Part shown: positions 45,989-56,058 of the stretch, piece by piece
How the letters are laid out: every line of letters begins with the position of its first letter
Numbering within the stretch: the first letter of the stretch is position 1
Assembly: GCA_041739995.1 (NCBI GenBank)
Contig: JBGSMV010000040.1
Location: forward strand, 32,001 to 96,000
Direction: 5' to 3'
Length of the DNA stretch: 64,000 nucleotides
From: Bdellovibrionota bacterium
Lineage (GTDB): Bacteria; Bdellovibrionota_C; UBA2361; JBGSMV01
Program-made: the position numbers and the translations under genes
Notes under the pieces: model-generated
The model's database searches: none
What the model was told of the DNA's origin: nothing
What the model saw: only the letters and a program-made list of their open reading frames with translations

Positions 45989-47011
45989 CTATCTCAGCAA
46001 CACGCCACCCCTCTTCGCAATGAAACTATCAACTTTGCCCGGCTCTTTGCCGCCACCGTCAGCGAATGCCACCGATATCATTTCGGTATTGAAACTATAG
46101 GCTGGCGAACCAAATGGTGGCACCACTACCATGCCACCGCCTCGTTTGCCTGATTTTCGAGAGAGCTCACTAAATTCACTCTGAAGAATTGCATCCAGCT
46201 TTTCGGGATGCTCGCGAAAAACTGTCGGATGTTCTCGAACAGAGGTGCTCATTCGAGACAGCACGAACCCTGAGACAAGCCCCGAGAGCAATGATTCCCC
46301 ATGACCAGTGGTAGAGAGCGCGCCAATCTCATTGTCAGCGAACACTCCTGAGCCGATGATGGGAGTATCTCCAATTCTACCATTGTCCTTAGAATTCACT
46401 CCTCCGGTTGAAGTCCCCGCGCAAAGATTGCCTTCCATATCTCGCACCACACACCCCACTGTTCCCCCGGAAGTCTCTCCTGAAACAGTAAATTCAACGC
46501 CTTCGTCTTTAAGCCATTCCACAACCACAGGGGAAAGTAACTCTTCGTGAGTTTTGACCCAACCGTATCTATCTTTGATAAAGCGCGGCGCACCGTCGAC
46601 CTCATTCATTAATTCATGGGTCCAAACCGTCATCAATGTGCGATTAGGTTTAAGCATGTCGAGCGCGATTGCCGAGGGCATTTTTACGCGTCGAACATTC
46701 AGCAAAGAAACAAAGTCTCTGTTGCCACGCATCAACCCCACGTCAAGAAGTACGATGCCATGCACGTTGGGATATCCCCCAAAGCCGGCATTAAAATAGC
46801 TGGAAGCCTCCATCTCGCGCAGTGCTGCGGCGACTCCAAATTCAGCTGGCTTTCCTTTTTGAAGCTCATCCCACGCAGCGCGCACCGCTTGGCGCATCAC
46901 GGGAACTTTCAATAATGCCCGTTCGTCGGGTAATTTTCCCGCGCCGCCATGCACTATCACGCACGGCTTACCCTTCTCGACCGCCATCAAACGCTTATCA
47001 TTATCGCTCAT
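45989..47011 (-). CDS. Isoaspartyl peptidase/L-asparaginase (Ntn hydrolase)
   Basis: IVHGGAG, FNAGFG, nucleophile G-TVGCV, GTSTGG, GRIGDTP, STTGHGE. Confidence 0.92.
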   Translation of the reverse strand: MSDNDKRLMAVEKGKPCVIVHGGAGKLPDERALLKVPVMRQAVRAAWDELQKGKPAEFGVAAALREMEASSYFNAGFGGYPNVHGIVLLDVGLMRGNRDFVSLLNVRRVKMPSAIALDMLKPNRTLMTVWTHELMNEVDGAPRFIKDRYGWVKTHEELLSPVVVEWLKDEGVEFTVSGETSGGTVGCVVRDMEGNLCAGTSTGGVNSKDNGRIGDTPIIGSGVFADNEIGALSTTGHGESLLSGLVSGFVLSRMSTSVREHPTVFREHPEKLDAILQSEFSELSRKSGKRGGGMVVVPPFGSPAYSFNTEMISVAFADGGGKEPGKVDSFIAKRGGVLLR

Positions 47012-47372
47012 AGATCTTGTTCTAGTTGCTGCAGCTGGTAGTCCAAAACGATCGCTCCCAAACGAGACACACGTCACTCTGCACAGGCAGTTCATCGATT
47101 TTCAATATTTACTTTGGTGCGTTAGGCTCTCTATTGCAAGAGCGTTACTCTCTCTTCCGATAAGGAACTGATTGAACTGTTACCCTGGCCGGACGGACGC
47201 CTTTCTCGTTAAAAGATACACCGGTGGCACTTGAACTCTGTCCCCGAGCCCCTGTCCCCTAGCCCCTTTCCTCCAGTCCGACTTGCCAAGCGCCCATAAT
47301 TAGCAAAGAGTTAGCCTCAGATAAGCGTTTTGTTACTACAGAATAGGAATCTTGCTTTTCGAGGCTTCGGCT

Positions 47373-48656
47373 ATGAAGATGGAATTATCGACCCTACGAC
47401 ACTGCGTTATTTCAGACGAGAAGCAGCGCATTCTCTTCGCCACCGACGTACTCTCTCAGCCAGCCAGCGAGGTCATGCTCAAAAATGACAAGCTGCTACA
47501 CCACCAGTGCAGCCGCGCGCTTCCGATCGCCACCGAACGAGATATCGTCGTGCTCCAGGGAACGTTGGACGAGGCCTATCATCGCTGGCTCCGCAGCTTC
47601 GGCCTCAGCACGGACAATATTGTCGAATACGGTGAGAAGCAGGCCAGTGGCCCGCTTTCCAATGTAATTCGAAACAATCCAGGTCCGGTGCTTTCTGCCG
47701 TTGGCAAGGATGCCCACACGGTCTATCTCGCCTTTTATCTCGCCAAGAACGACATCGCCTGCGCAAAAGAACTTGGGGTGCACCCCTTTGGCTGTGACGA
47801 AGAAATTACCAGTAAGTACTTCGACAAGTTAAGTTTCAAACAAGAATGCCAAAAACTTGGCATTCCTACCATCGAGGGACATCACCACAAAATCGACGTT
47901 ACCAGTCCGCTGAACCGCGACGAGATGGCCGAGCTCATCCATCGCCTGCTTTCAAATTATGGCAAGGTGATTGTACGTGGGACTGACGGGTCCGCCGGTC
48001 GCTCGCTTTACACCATCGATCAACCAGACGTTCGAGAGCTTTATGAAGCAATTGTTTCAAATCGTGACAAGACAGTCTTGATCGAGCCGTTTCTGAATGT
48101 GGTCTCCTCTCCAAACGACCAATGGATGATCGGGCAGTCAGGCGAAATTCGTCACTTCGGACTATCCGCCCAGTTGTTTCAAGGACTCAAGCACGCCGGC
48201 AATTTCTTTGGGCAGTACTACTCACCACGCGTCGCTCAGTACATAGAGGAAACCTCATCGAAAATTGTGCAAGCGATGGCCGAGGGCGGATATCGTGGAG
48301 TGCTTGGCGTAGACTATATCGTCTGCGAAGAAGGGATTTTCCCGATTGAGAATAATGCACGTCTCAACGGTTCGTCTTTTGCGCTTGAACTGTTTCATAT
48401 TATCTCAAAACAAATCAAAGACGTTCGCTGCTGGAAATTCTTCAAAGCCAAGTGCGACAAGATGTCATTCACTGAATTCAAAGAGAAAGTCGGGAGACTC
48501 CTATTTGACGGGAAGCGAGTAAACTCAGTGTTCCCGTTTGTGACGGGACTGATTCCTGAAAAGGGTGAGTTTATTGCGCTGCTTCTGGCTGAAGACACCT
48601 ACCACATAGACTATTTGCAAGATGCGCTGACTTACGCCGGAATTCATCGGGCATGA
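47373..48656 (+). CDS. ATP-grasp ligase with extended pre-ATP-grasp region (PGM1-like)
   Basis: DKLSFK...LGIPT, GSAGRS loop, LIEPF, SSPNDQ, GYRGVLGVDYIV, IENNARLNGSS. Confidence 0.8.
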   Translation: MKMELSTLRHCVISDEKQRILFATDVLSQPASEVMLKNDKLLHHQCSRALPIATERDIVVLQGTLDEAYHRWLRSFGLSTDNIVEYGEKQASGPLSNVIRNNPGPVLSAVGKDAHTVYLAFYLAKNDIACAKELGVHPFGCDEEITSKYFDKLSFKQECQKLGIPTIEGHHHKIDVTSPLNRDEMAELIHRLLSNYGKVIVRGTDGSAGRSLYTIDQPDVRELYEAIVSNRDKTVLIEPFLNVVSSPNDQWMIGQSGEIRHFGLSAQLFQGLKHAGNFFGQYYSPRVAQYIEETSSKIVQAMAEGGYRGVLGVDYIVCEEGIFPIENNARLNGSSFALELFHIISKQIKDVRCWKFFKAKCDKMSFTEFKEKVGRLLFDGKRVNSVFPFVTGLIPEKGEFIALLLAEDTYHIDYLQDALTYAGIHRA

Positions 48657-48910
48657 GACGAACGAGCTGCCGTTCCCTCGATTAGAATTCTGATGGTCGC
48701 TCTGCTGCCACCTTTCCACCCCCCTTTCCGGTGGAACACTTTCAGCCGTAATAAAATACACTATAATCAGCTAGTTATAGAGGCGCCAGTACACCCTCTA
48801 CTACCCATAACAGAATGGTGAGCACGGGCTATAACACGGCTCCAGAGGAATTTAATTTTCGAGCTCCCACCAAGAGAGTTTCACTAACCGATTCATGCTG
48901 CCCAGTCGCC

Positions 48911-49855
48911 ATGCAAACACCTCACCAACAATCTCACGCGAATGCTTTTCCAATTCCGGCTCAATCGGGTGTCAGCCCTGATCGATCAAAACTGACGCTG
49001 CTGCTCGCACAGAGCGGAGCTTCCAATCTTCAGCTTTCTGGCCCAGCTGAAGCGGCCATCTTATCCCTGCTTGGCCCTCTTGTACGCGGCACCGCGGTGC
49101 GGTTCCAGCTTGAACGACCCTCGATGCCTGCCCCTCAGCAATTAGACTTAGAAGTCACTTCCCATAGGGGCGCGCCGTCGTTCCGTGTGCTTACGGGCTC
49201 CCATGAAGACGCACAGGAGTCCCGCATTCTCTCTATCGCAAGGGACGGACTCCCTGCGATTCAACGTCGAGACTGCGCCGCATGGTTCAATCCAATGATT
49301 GAGATTTGGAAAAGACCTCTCTCAATTAGCTCCGGCTGGGATGCGTTTAGATCTAGTATCGGAGGATTAGTAACAATTACCTCTCGCTTCGAAGGAACCG
49401 AAAGCACCGTCGTGGGTACCCTTTCGAGTAGCGAACCTGGAAACGATCGTTTCGCTGTGCAGCGCGACGATGGCAAGGTTAGCACTTACTCTCCAAAGTC
49501 CGGCGTTGAACTCCTAAGTGTAAGTACCTGCATACGAGGACTGCTGTGGCAGCGACCTAAAGGCGTCTCAGACTCGATTGGCGATGTGCATGAGTTGCGT
49601 CAACTCCTCCCCGATGGAGCGACAGTGGAGGCCACACTTCATGATGGATACCGTATTTCAGGTACCTGGCGTGGGGTCGACGATCGATACCTACCACTAA
49701 TCGCCGTTGAAAGTGGCGCAGCGAAGCATCGCGGGGATGGAATTTTTGCTGCACGCTTGCAGGACATAGCGAGCCTTCGCACGGTGGGGATCGAGTCAGG
49801 GGGCGTTCAGCCCTACAAAGTTCTGTGGAAGGCCGACTCTTCACCTACTAAATAA
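48911..49855 (+). CDS. Hypothetical protein
   Basis: Long ORF (open from 48815) with no competing gene. The C-terminal half has two beta-rich segments. Confidence 0.55.
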   Translation: MQTPHQQSHANAFPIPAQSGVSPDRSKLTLLLAQSGASNLQLSGPAEAAILSLLGPLVRGTAVRFQLERPSMPAPQQLDLEVTSHRGAPSFRVLTGSHEDAQESRILSIARDGLPAIQRRDCAAWFNPMIEIWKRPLSISSGWDAFRSSIGGLVTITSRFEGTESTVVGTLSSSEPGNDRFAVQRDDGKVSTYSPKSGVELLSVSTCIRGLLWQRPKGVSDSIGDVHELRQLLPDGATVEATLHDGYRISGTWRGVDDRYLPLIAVESGAAKHRGDGIFAARLQDIASLRTVGIESGGVQPYKVLWKADSSPTK

Positions 49856-49863
49856 GATGCCTT

Positions 49864-51393
49864 CTATGGTCCCGCAAAACCTAGCATAACCGCCGCCGCA
49901 CTATCATGCAGCAGTCCTGGGAAAAGCCCGAACAGCACCACGCCGAGAGAACATACGCCAAGCACGCTCAGCAAGGCCGGGGTCAAGGCCGGCAATGCCT
50001 CGACAGGCTCTGCCTTATCCCCTGCTTCTGACTTCATAAAATACATGGCTACAATCACGCGCAAGTAATAGTAGCAAGACACCGCCGAGTTAAGCACCGC
50101 GATGATAACAAGGCCTACATAGTCGGCTCTAATTGCAGCTCCAAAAATGTAGAACTTACCAAGTAGGCCTGCCAGTCCTGGAGGAATTCCTGCAAGAGAA
50201 AGCATAAAGAGCGCCATGAGAGCAGCCAGTAGCGGAGCTCGCTCGGACAATCCATAGAATTTAGAAATGTGGTCGTGATCTCGCTCGCTCTCGCCCTCTG
50301 AGGTCACCCCAAGAATGACCGCAAAGGCACCCATCGTCATGAGTGTGTAACCAATCAGATAGTAAAGAATTGCGGCTCCGCCACCATTGGTGTCACCAGG
50401 CGCCAGAAAGGCAATCATCATGTACCCCGCATGCGCGATGCTCGAATACGCCAGCATTCTCTTCACACTGCGCTGACGCAGCGCTATCAGATTCCCACCA
50501 CACATGGTCAAGACTGCTAAAGTCCATACCGCACCGATCCAGAACTGCTGCACGTCTTCGAAAGCCACCCACAACACACGCAGCGTTACCGCAACCGCTG
50601 CGGCCTTAATCACACAGGCCATGTAGGCAGTGACTGAAGTCGGAGCGCCCTGATAAACGTCGGGAGCCCAAAAGTGAAAAGGCACCGCACCAATTTTAAA
50701 TACCAAACCGACCAACATGAGACCGAGCGATAACATCAAGATTGGCGATGCGTTCCCCGCAATTTCCCTCGAAACCGCAGAGATAAAAGTCGTGCCCGTT
50801 ACTCCGTAGAGCAGCGCAATTCCGTACAGTAAAAATGCACTACTAAACGAGCCCAGTAGAAAGTATTTCAGCGCCGACTCGGCTGAGCGACGCAGTCTAA
50901 GTGCGGAGCCGCACAGCGCGTAAAGTGCCAGAGACATTATTTCTAGACTCACGAACAAGGTCACCAGCTCTGCGGCGGCAACAAACATGAGCGCCCCTGC
51001 GGTGGCAAACAGCACCAAGGCATAGAACTCGCTCTTCGCCTCTATTCCTTGGGCGCTCAGCTTGCCCATACCGAGCAGTACGGCCAGCATTGAACCAAAT
51101 AGCAGCACTACACCCATAAAAGTCGAAAATGGGTCGACGTATACAAAGCCGCTAAAGGCAGTCTGCCCTGGGCCCGCAAGTCCACCGGTGGCTGCCCCGA
51201 AAAATGCAGCAACTACTAAGATGCCGACGGTCATCCATCCGGCACAGTCTTGGCCAACACACTCACCTGTCTGAGAAACGGTCGCTTTTGCTCGCGAGGA
51301 AAAGGCCTCCCAAAGAAGCAGCAAGAGCGCGCCTAAGACCACTACTATGAGCGGAGAAACCAGAAACATCTGAAGTCCAAGACTAGTATTCAT
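49864..51393 (-). CDS. nuoN: NADH-quinone oxidoreductase subunit N
   Basis: LEIMSL, ESALKYFLLG, FKIGAVPFHFWAPDVYQGAP, KRMLAYSSIAHAG. Confidence 0.96.
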   Translation of the reverse strand: MNTSLGLQMFLVSPLIVVVLGALLLLLWEAFSSRAKATVSQTGECVGQDCAGWMTVGILVVAAFFGAATGGLAGPGQTAFSGFVYVDPFSTFMGVVLLFGSMLAVLLGMGKLSAQGIEAKSEFYALVLFATAGALMFVAAAELVTLFVSLEIMSLALYALCGSALRLRRSAESALKYFLLGSFSSAFLLYGIALLYGVTGTTFISAVSREIAGNASPILMLSLGLMLVGLVFKIGAVPFHFWAPDVYQGAPTSVTAYMACVIKAAAVAVTLRVLWVAFEDVQQFWIGAVWTLAVLTMCGGNLIALRQRSVKRMLAYSSIAHAGYMMIAFLAPGDTNGGGAAILYYLIGYTLMTMGAFAVILGVTSEGESERDHDHISKFYGLSERAPLLAALMALFMLSLAGIPPGLAGLLGKFYIFGAAIRADYVGLVIIAVLNSAVSCYYYLRVIVAMYFMKSEAGDKAEPVEALPALTPALLSVLGVCSLGVVLFGLFPGLLHDSAAAVMLGFAGP

Positions 51394-51403
51394 ATTCCCC
51401 TGC

Positions 51404-53077
51404 TCAAAATTCTCTGCCTAAGGACTGCCGATCGCTCCGTGCCGCAGGCTGATAGTCCAAGAGCTTCACACTCCCCGAGTCGAGCTGCTCCAAAGCGGCG
51501 AGTTTTACTTCGTGAGAATCGAGCTCTTTGGCAAAACGCTGAGCGCTCCCACGAGACGCGAGAAGACTATCGGCTCTCATCTGCACGGCACCCTTCCAAG
51601 CCGCAACCGAAGGCTCAATTGCGCGCAAGAACGGCTGCGGGAAAAGCCCGATGACGAAGACTAGAACCAACAGCGGCACCAGAGCGGCAAGCTCGTGGCG
51701 ATTTACATCCTTAAGATTTCCATTCCTCGCAGTATCAAGCTCTCCGAACATAGTTCGAAGATACAGCGTCAGCATGTACACCGCCCCAAGAATGACGCCT
51801 AAAGTAGAGATAGCGGTCAACACCGGGAATACCTGGAAGCTTCCGGTAAGAATTAAAAACTCTCCGATGAAACCATTGGTAAGCGGCAGTGCGATAGAGC
51901 TAAGCGTGAATACCAAGAACAGGAACGCGAACACAGGAACCTGCGCGGCCAAGCCACCATACTCAGAGATCTCCCTGGTATGTCGTCGGTCATAGAGCAC
52001 ACCCACGAGCAAGAACAATGCGCCAGTAGAGATGCCGTGATTAATCATCTGTAGCACTGCGCCGCTGGTGGCTATGACATTAAAAGCCACCACCCCCAAC
52101 ACACAAAACCCAAGATGCGCGACTGAGGAGTACGCAACCAGCTTCTTGATGTCGTGCTGTGCCCAGGCGACCAGGGATCCGTACACGATTCCAATTACCG
52201 CCAACCCCGCCAGGTAGGGCGCGAAGAGTTCAGCGGCCAATGGAAACAGCGGATAGGCGAAGCGAATAAACCCGTAGAGCCCCATTTTTAAGAGAATCCC
52301 GGCAAGCACCACTGAGCCCCCGGTAGGAGCTTCGACGTGCGCGTCTGGCAACCAGGTATGAAAAGGGAATATCGGAACTTTAATTCCAAACGCCAGGGCG
52401 AATGCAGCAAAGAGCCAAAACTCTTCGGTGAAGCTCAGATTGGTTCCAAGCAGTAACTGCTGCAACGCGAAGGTAATCTCTCCATCATGCTGCTGGGCGT
52501 GCTGCCACACTACGTACAGTATGGCGACCAACATGAGCACTGAACCAACCACGGTGTAGAGCACGAACTTCAAGGTGGCGTAGATGCTCCGCTTGCCACC
52601 CCAAATACCGATGATGAAATACATCGGGGCCAGCATCAGTTCCCAAAAGACGTAGAATAGAAACAAGTCCAGGGCCACCAAAGTACCGAGCATGGCGGTC
52701 TCAAGCACGAGCATCGCGGCCAAATACCCGCGGAGCTTGGTGGTGACCGAGCGCGACGCCACTACTATAATCGGCATGAGAAACGTGGTGAGCATCACCA
52801 ACCACAAGCTAATGCCGTCCACGCCCAGTTGATAACGCACCCCAAAACTTGGGATCCAAGCAACGTTCTCTACGAACTGATAGGCGCTGATTGAGGAGTC
52901 AAAGCCCAGCAACATCATCAAGGAGATGCCGAACGTTACCAGGGAAGCCCCCAGTGCCGCCGAGCGCACCGTTTCGACCTTGGAAGATGGGAACAGATAC
53001 AACAGCGCCGCTCCGATCAACGGGAGGAACACTATCGTACTCAAAAATGGAAAATTTGCAGCGACGGTTGTATCCAT
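51404..53077 (-). CDS. nuoM: NADH-quinone oxidoreductase subunit M
   Basis: GVDGIS, FYVFWE, IKVPIFPFHTWLPDAHVEAP, LLKMG, AYSSVAH. Confidence 0.96.
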   Translation of the reverse strand: MDTTVAANFPFLSTIVFLPLIGAALLYLFPSSKVETVRSAALGASLVTFGISLMMLLGFDSSISAYQFVENVAWIPSFGVRYQLGVDGISLWLVMLTTFLMPIIVVASRSVTTKLRGYLAAMLVLETAMLGTLVALDLFLFYVFWELMLAPMYFIIGIWGGKRSIYATLKFVLYTVVGSVLMLVAILYVVWQHAQQHDGEITFALQQLLLGTNLSFTEEFWLFAAFALAFGIKVPIFPFHTWLPDAHVEAPTGGSVVLAGILLKMGLYGFIRFAYPLFPLAAELFAPYLAGLAVIGIVYGSLVAWAQHDIKKLVAYSSVAHLGFCVLGVVAFNVIATSGAVLQMINHGISTGALFLLVGVLYDRRHTREISEYGGLAAQVPVFAFLFLVFTLSSIALPLTNGFIGEFLILTGSFQVFPVLTAISTLGVILGAVYMLTLYLRTMFGELDTARNGNLKDVNRHELAALVPLLVLVFVIGLFPQPFLRAIEPSVAAWKGAVQMRADSLLASRGSAQRFAKELDSHEVKLAALEQLDSGSVKLLDYQPAARSDRQSLGREF

Positions 53078-53079
53078 GA

Positions 53080-55035
53080 TCACATCACCAGGTAACATCC
53101 AATAACCAACACCGTGGCGAGAAACATTCCAAGCGCATAGTGTCGAAGGTTTCCAGTCTGTGTGTGGCGCGCGATTTCGCCTGTCATATCCACCACCGCT
53201 GCGGTTCCGTTTACCGAGCCATCAATGATGACCTGGTCAACGCCGCGCCATAAAAAGCGTGCCATACCCTCAAGCGGGCGAATAATAGCCGTGGCATACA
53301 CTTCGTCGAAGAACCACTTACCCTGAGACAATCGCGTTAACGGCTTCAAAGCGGCAGCAATCAAGACTGGGAATCGGGTCAGGTTGGTATAAAACAGAAT
53401 GCCTACCGCAACTCCCAGTACTCCCACCCAAGAATGCATCAGCGCCTGCACAAATGACTCATGATGATGCCCCATTTCGCTAGGGACCACCGCAACCAAG
53501 TAATGCTGAATAGAGAACGCGCCGTCTGCTACCGCACCACCCAGAGTGACACCACCAATCAGAGCAAGCGCTGCCAGCACCATCAACGGTATCGTCATCA
53601 AGTATGGCGACTCATGTGGTTCGTGCGCCGCATGACTGCCGTGATCATGAGCAGCATGTGCATCATGATGGTCATGCGAATGTCCTCCGCGGTAATGCCC
53701 CATAAAGGTCATGGCAAATGAGCGCGCCATATAGAATGCGGTGAGGAAAGCCGTGAAAGTCAGGAGGAGCCCCAGGTACTCAGCAATTGGCCCCACCAGA
53801 CGAGGATTGGTGGTATGTGCCAGTGCATCGACAATGGCATGCTTTGAATAGTACCCAGCGAACGGTGCGATGCCGGCTATGGCCAGAGTGGAAATCAGAT
53901 AGGTCCACGCCGTGATTGGCATCTTAGACCAAAGCCCGCCCATCTTGCGCATGTCTTGTTCATGGTGGCAGCCATGAATGACCGAACCAGCGCCTAGGAA
54001 CAAGCAGGCTTTAAAGAATGCATGGGTAACCACATGAAAAATGGCGACCCAGTATGCACCGACCGAGGCAGCTACAAACATGAAGCCAAGCTGGCTCACC
54101 GTTGAGTAAGCCAGCACCTTCTTAATATCGTTCTGGGTAAGTGCCGTGGTTGCCGCAACAAAAGCGGTAAGGCCTGCGATAACCGCCACGACTAACATCG
54201 CATCCGGTGACGCATCAAAAGCAAGATGCATTCTCGCCATCAGGTACACACCGGCGGTCACCATGGTGGCAGCATGAATCAATGCAGAGACTGGGGTAGG
54301 ACCAGCCATGGCGTCAGGCAGCCACACAAAGAGCGGAATCTGTGCAGACTTACCGGTCGCACCGACGAAGAAGCAAAGCGCAACCAATGTGGCTAAATCT
54401 GCAGAAAGCGGCTGAGCAGTAAACGCTGCATTCAAAGCTCCAAACTCAAGTGTCCCGTACTGACGAAACAACAAGAACATGCCCAACAAAAATCCTGCAT
54501 CTCCAATTCGATTCACCACGAAGGCTTTTCGACCAGCCGAGGCGTAGTCCACGTTTTTGAACCAAAATCCGATCAGCAGATAGGAACAAAGCCCTACCCC
54601 TTCCCAGCCCACAAAGAGGACTGGAAGATTCCCTGCGAGAACAAGGATGAGCATGCAAAACATGAAAAGATTGAGGTACGAGAAAAAGCGATGTCGCGCC
54701 TCTTCTTCTGCCATGTAGGCGATTGAGTAGAGATGGATCAGACTGCCCACGCCCGTAACCACTAAACACATTACTGCGGTGAGTGCGTCAAAGCGGAAAA
54801 GAAAATCGATATCGAGCCCGCCTACCGCTATCCAGGTGCCAAGCGATCCGACAAACGCTGCATCCGGCGCAAGGTTCGAGAACAGAACCACAGTCCACAC
54901 GAAAGATAACCCGGCAGACGCAGTCGCTATCCAACCAGCGAGGTCGCGAGCTTTTCGCCCAATCAGAAACGCCAACACCGCCCCAATCGCCGGGAAAGCG
55001 GGAATCAACCACAACATTGCTTGACTACTTTCCAT
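53080..55035 (-). CDS. nuoL: NADH-quinone oxidoreductase subunit L
   Basis: GWEGVGLCSYLLIGFW, NRIGD, GKSAQIPL..WLPDAMAGPTPVSALIHAATMV. Confidence 0.97.
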   Translation of the reverse strand: MESSQAMLWLIPAFPAIGAVLAFLIGRKARDLAGWIATASAGLSFVWTVVLFSNLAPDAAFVGSLGTWIAVGGLDIDFLFRFDALTAVMCLVVTGVGSLIHLYSIAYMAEEEARHRFFSYLNLFMFCMLILVLAGNLPVLFVGWEGVGLCSYLLIGFWFKNVDYASAGRKAFVVNRIGDAGFLLGMFLLFRQYGTLEFGALNAAFTAQPLSADLATLVALCFFVGATGKSAQIPLFVWLPDAMAGPTPVSALIHAATMVTAGVYLMARMHLAFDASPDAMLVVAVIAGLTAFVAATTALTQNDIKKVLAYSTVSQLGFMFVAASVGAYWVAIFHVVTHAFFKACLFLGAGSVIHGCHHEQDMRKMGGLWSKMPITAWTYLISTLAIAGIAPFAGYYSKHAIVDALAHTTNPRLVGPIAEYLGLLLTFTAFLTAFYMARSFAMTFMGHYRGGHSHDHHDAHAAHDHGSHAAHEPHESPYLMTIPLMVLAALALIGGVTLGGAVADGAFSIQHYLVAVVPSEMGHHHESFVQALMHSWVGVLGVAVGILFYTNLTRFPVLIAAALKPLTRLSQGKWFFDEVYATAIIRPLEGMARFLWRGVDQVIIDGSVNGTAAVVDMTGEIARHTQTGNLRHYALGMFLATVLVIGCYLVM

Positions 55036-55140
55036 ATACTCCCGTCAATCTAGCTTCGGTCAGGATTTCTTGAACCCTGCTCAATCCAACCCCGAACACC
55101 TCGACTTCAAAGGCACCGGTCACTTAAAGTCTCAGGTCGC

Positions 55141-55443
55141 CTAAAGCCGCAGGTCAGAAGTGTCCGTCGTCTCAATCGAGTTCATCGATCTAAACACCGA
55201 AATAATAATCGCCAATCCAACCGCAGCCTCGGCAGCGGCCACCACCATCACAAAAAAAACTGATATCTGACCATCAAGCTCACCGTGCATCTGCGACAAT
55301 GCGACGAAACTAAGGTTCACCGCGTTCAGCATCAGCTCGATACACATGAACACCACGATGGCGTTCCGTCTGACAACGACACCGATCACTCCGATAGTGA
55401 AGATCACGGCAGAGAGTGTCAGGTAAAGACTTACTGGAACCAT
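55141..55443 (-). CDS. nuoK: NADH-quinone oxidoreductase subunit K
   Basis: RRN...[32 protein letters not shown]. Confidence 0.96.
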   Translation of the reverse strand: MVPVSLYLTLSAVIFTIGVIGVVVRRNAIVVFMCIELMLNAVNLSFVALSQMHGELDGQISVFFVMVVAAAEAAVGLAIIISVFRSMNSIETTDTSDLRL

Positions 55444-55456
55444 AATCTCGCCTTCC

Positions 55457-56014
55457 TTATGACTCTCCGTGCACCAGTTCACGCGGCTGAGGTTTTGATT
55501 CTCGCTTAGCCAACATCACTGCGCCCACAATGGCTGCCATCAGAAGCACTCCTGATGCTTGAAACAAAAAGACGTACTCGGTGAAAAGGCGTCGGCCGAT
55601 CGCTTCTACAGTGCCCTCTACCGCCACCATGTCAGCACCAGTCCCGCCCGCACCAGCCGAGCCCGAAACTAACAGCGAGTCCATCGCTTCTCTAACCACA
55701 GGAACCGCCACTAGAAGAAAAACTCCTCCTGCGATTATCGCCAGTACCGAAAGAACATTCTCGCCCTTAGTTCGGCTCTCAACCTTGAGATTAAGAAGCA
55801 TCAGCATAAACACCACCAACACCACGATGGCGCCGGCGTACACAATGATTTGAACCGCCGCCAGAAAGTGGGCATCCATCATGGCGAAGAATGCGGAAAT
55901 GGCGAGCAGGTGCGCCACGAGTCCAAGCGCACTGTGAATGGGGTTTTTAAGCGCCACCACTGAGACGGCAGAAACAATCGCCAACAAAGCGGTGACCGCA
56001 AACAAGCCTATCAT
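55457..56014 (-). CDS. nuoJ: NADH-quinone oxidoreductase subunit J
   Basis: [24 protein letters not shown]. Confidence 0.94.
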   Translation of the reverse strand: MIGLFAVTALLAIVSAVSVVALKNPIHSALGLVAHLLAISAFFAMMDAHFLAAVQIIVYAGAIVVLVVFMLMLLNLKVESRTKGENVLSVLAIIAGGVFLLVAVPVVREAMDSLLVSGSAGAGGTGADMVAVEGTVEAIGRRLFTEYVFLFQASGVLLMAAIVGAVMLAKRESKPQPRELVHGES

Positions 56015-56058
56015 GAAGCGTAACCCCCTCTCCGTGTCTGTATTTCAATCCAAAGCAC

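Noticed and set aside
53610..53700. His-rich loop in NuoL as a novel metal site
   Set aside because: His-rich low-complexity loops before the HES motif are common in bacterial NuoL.
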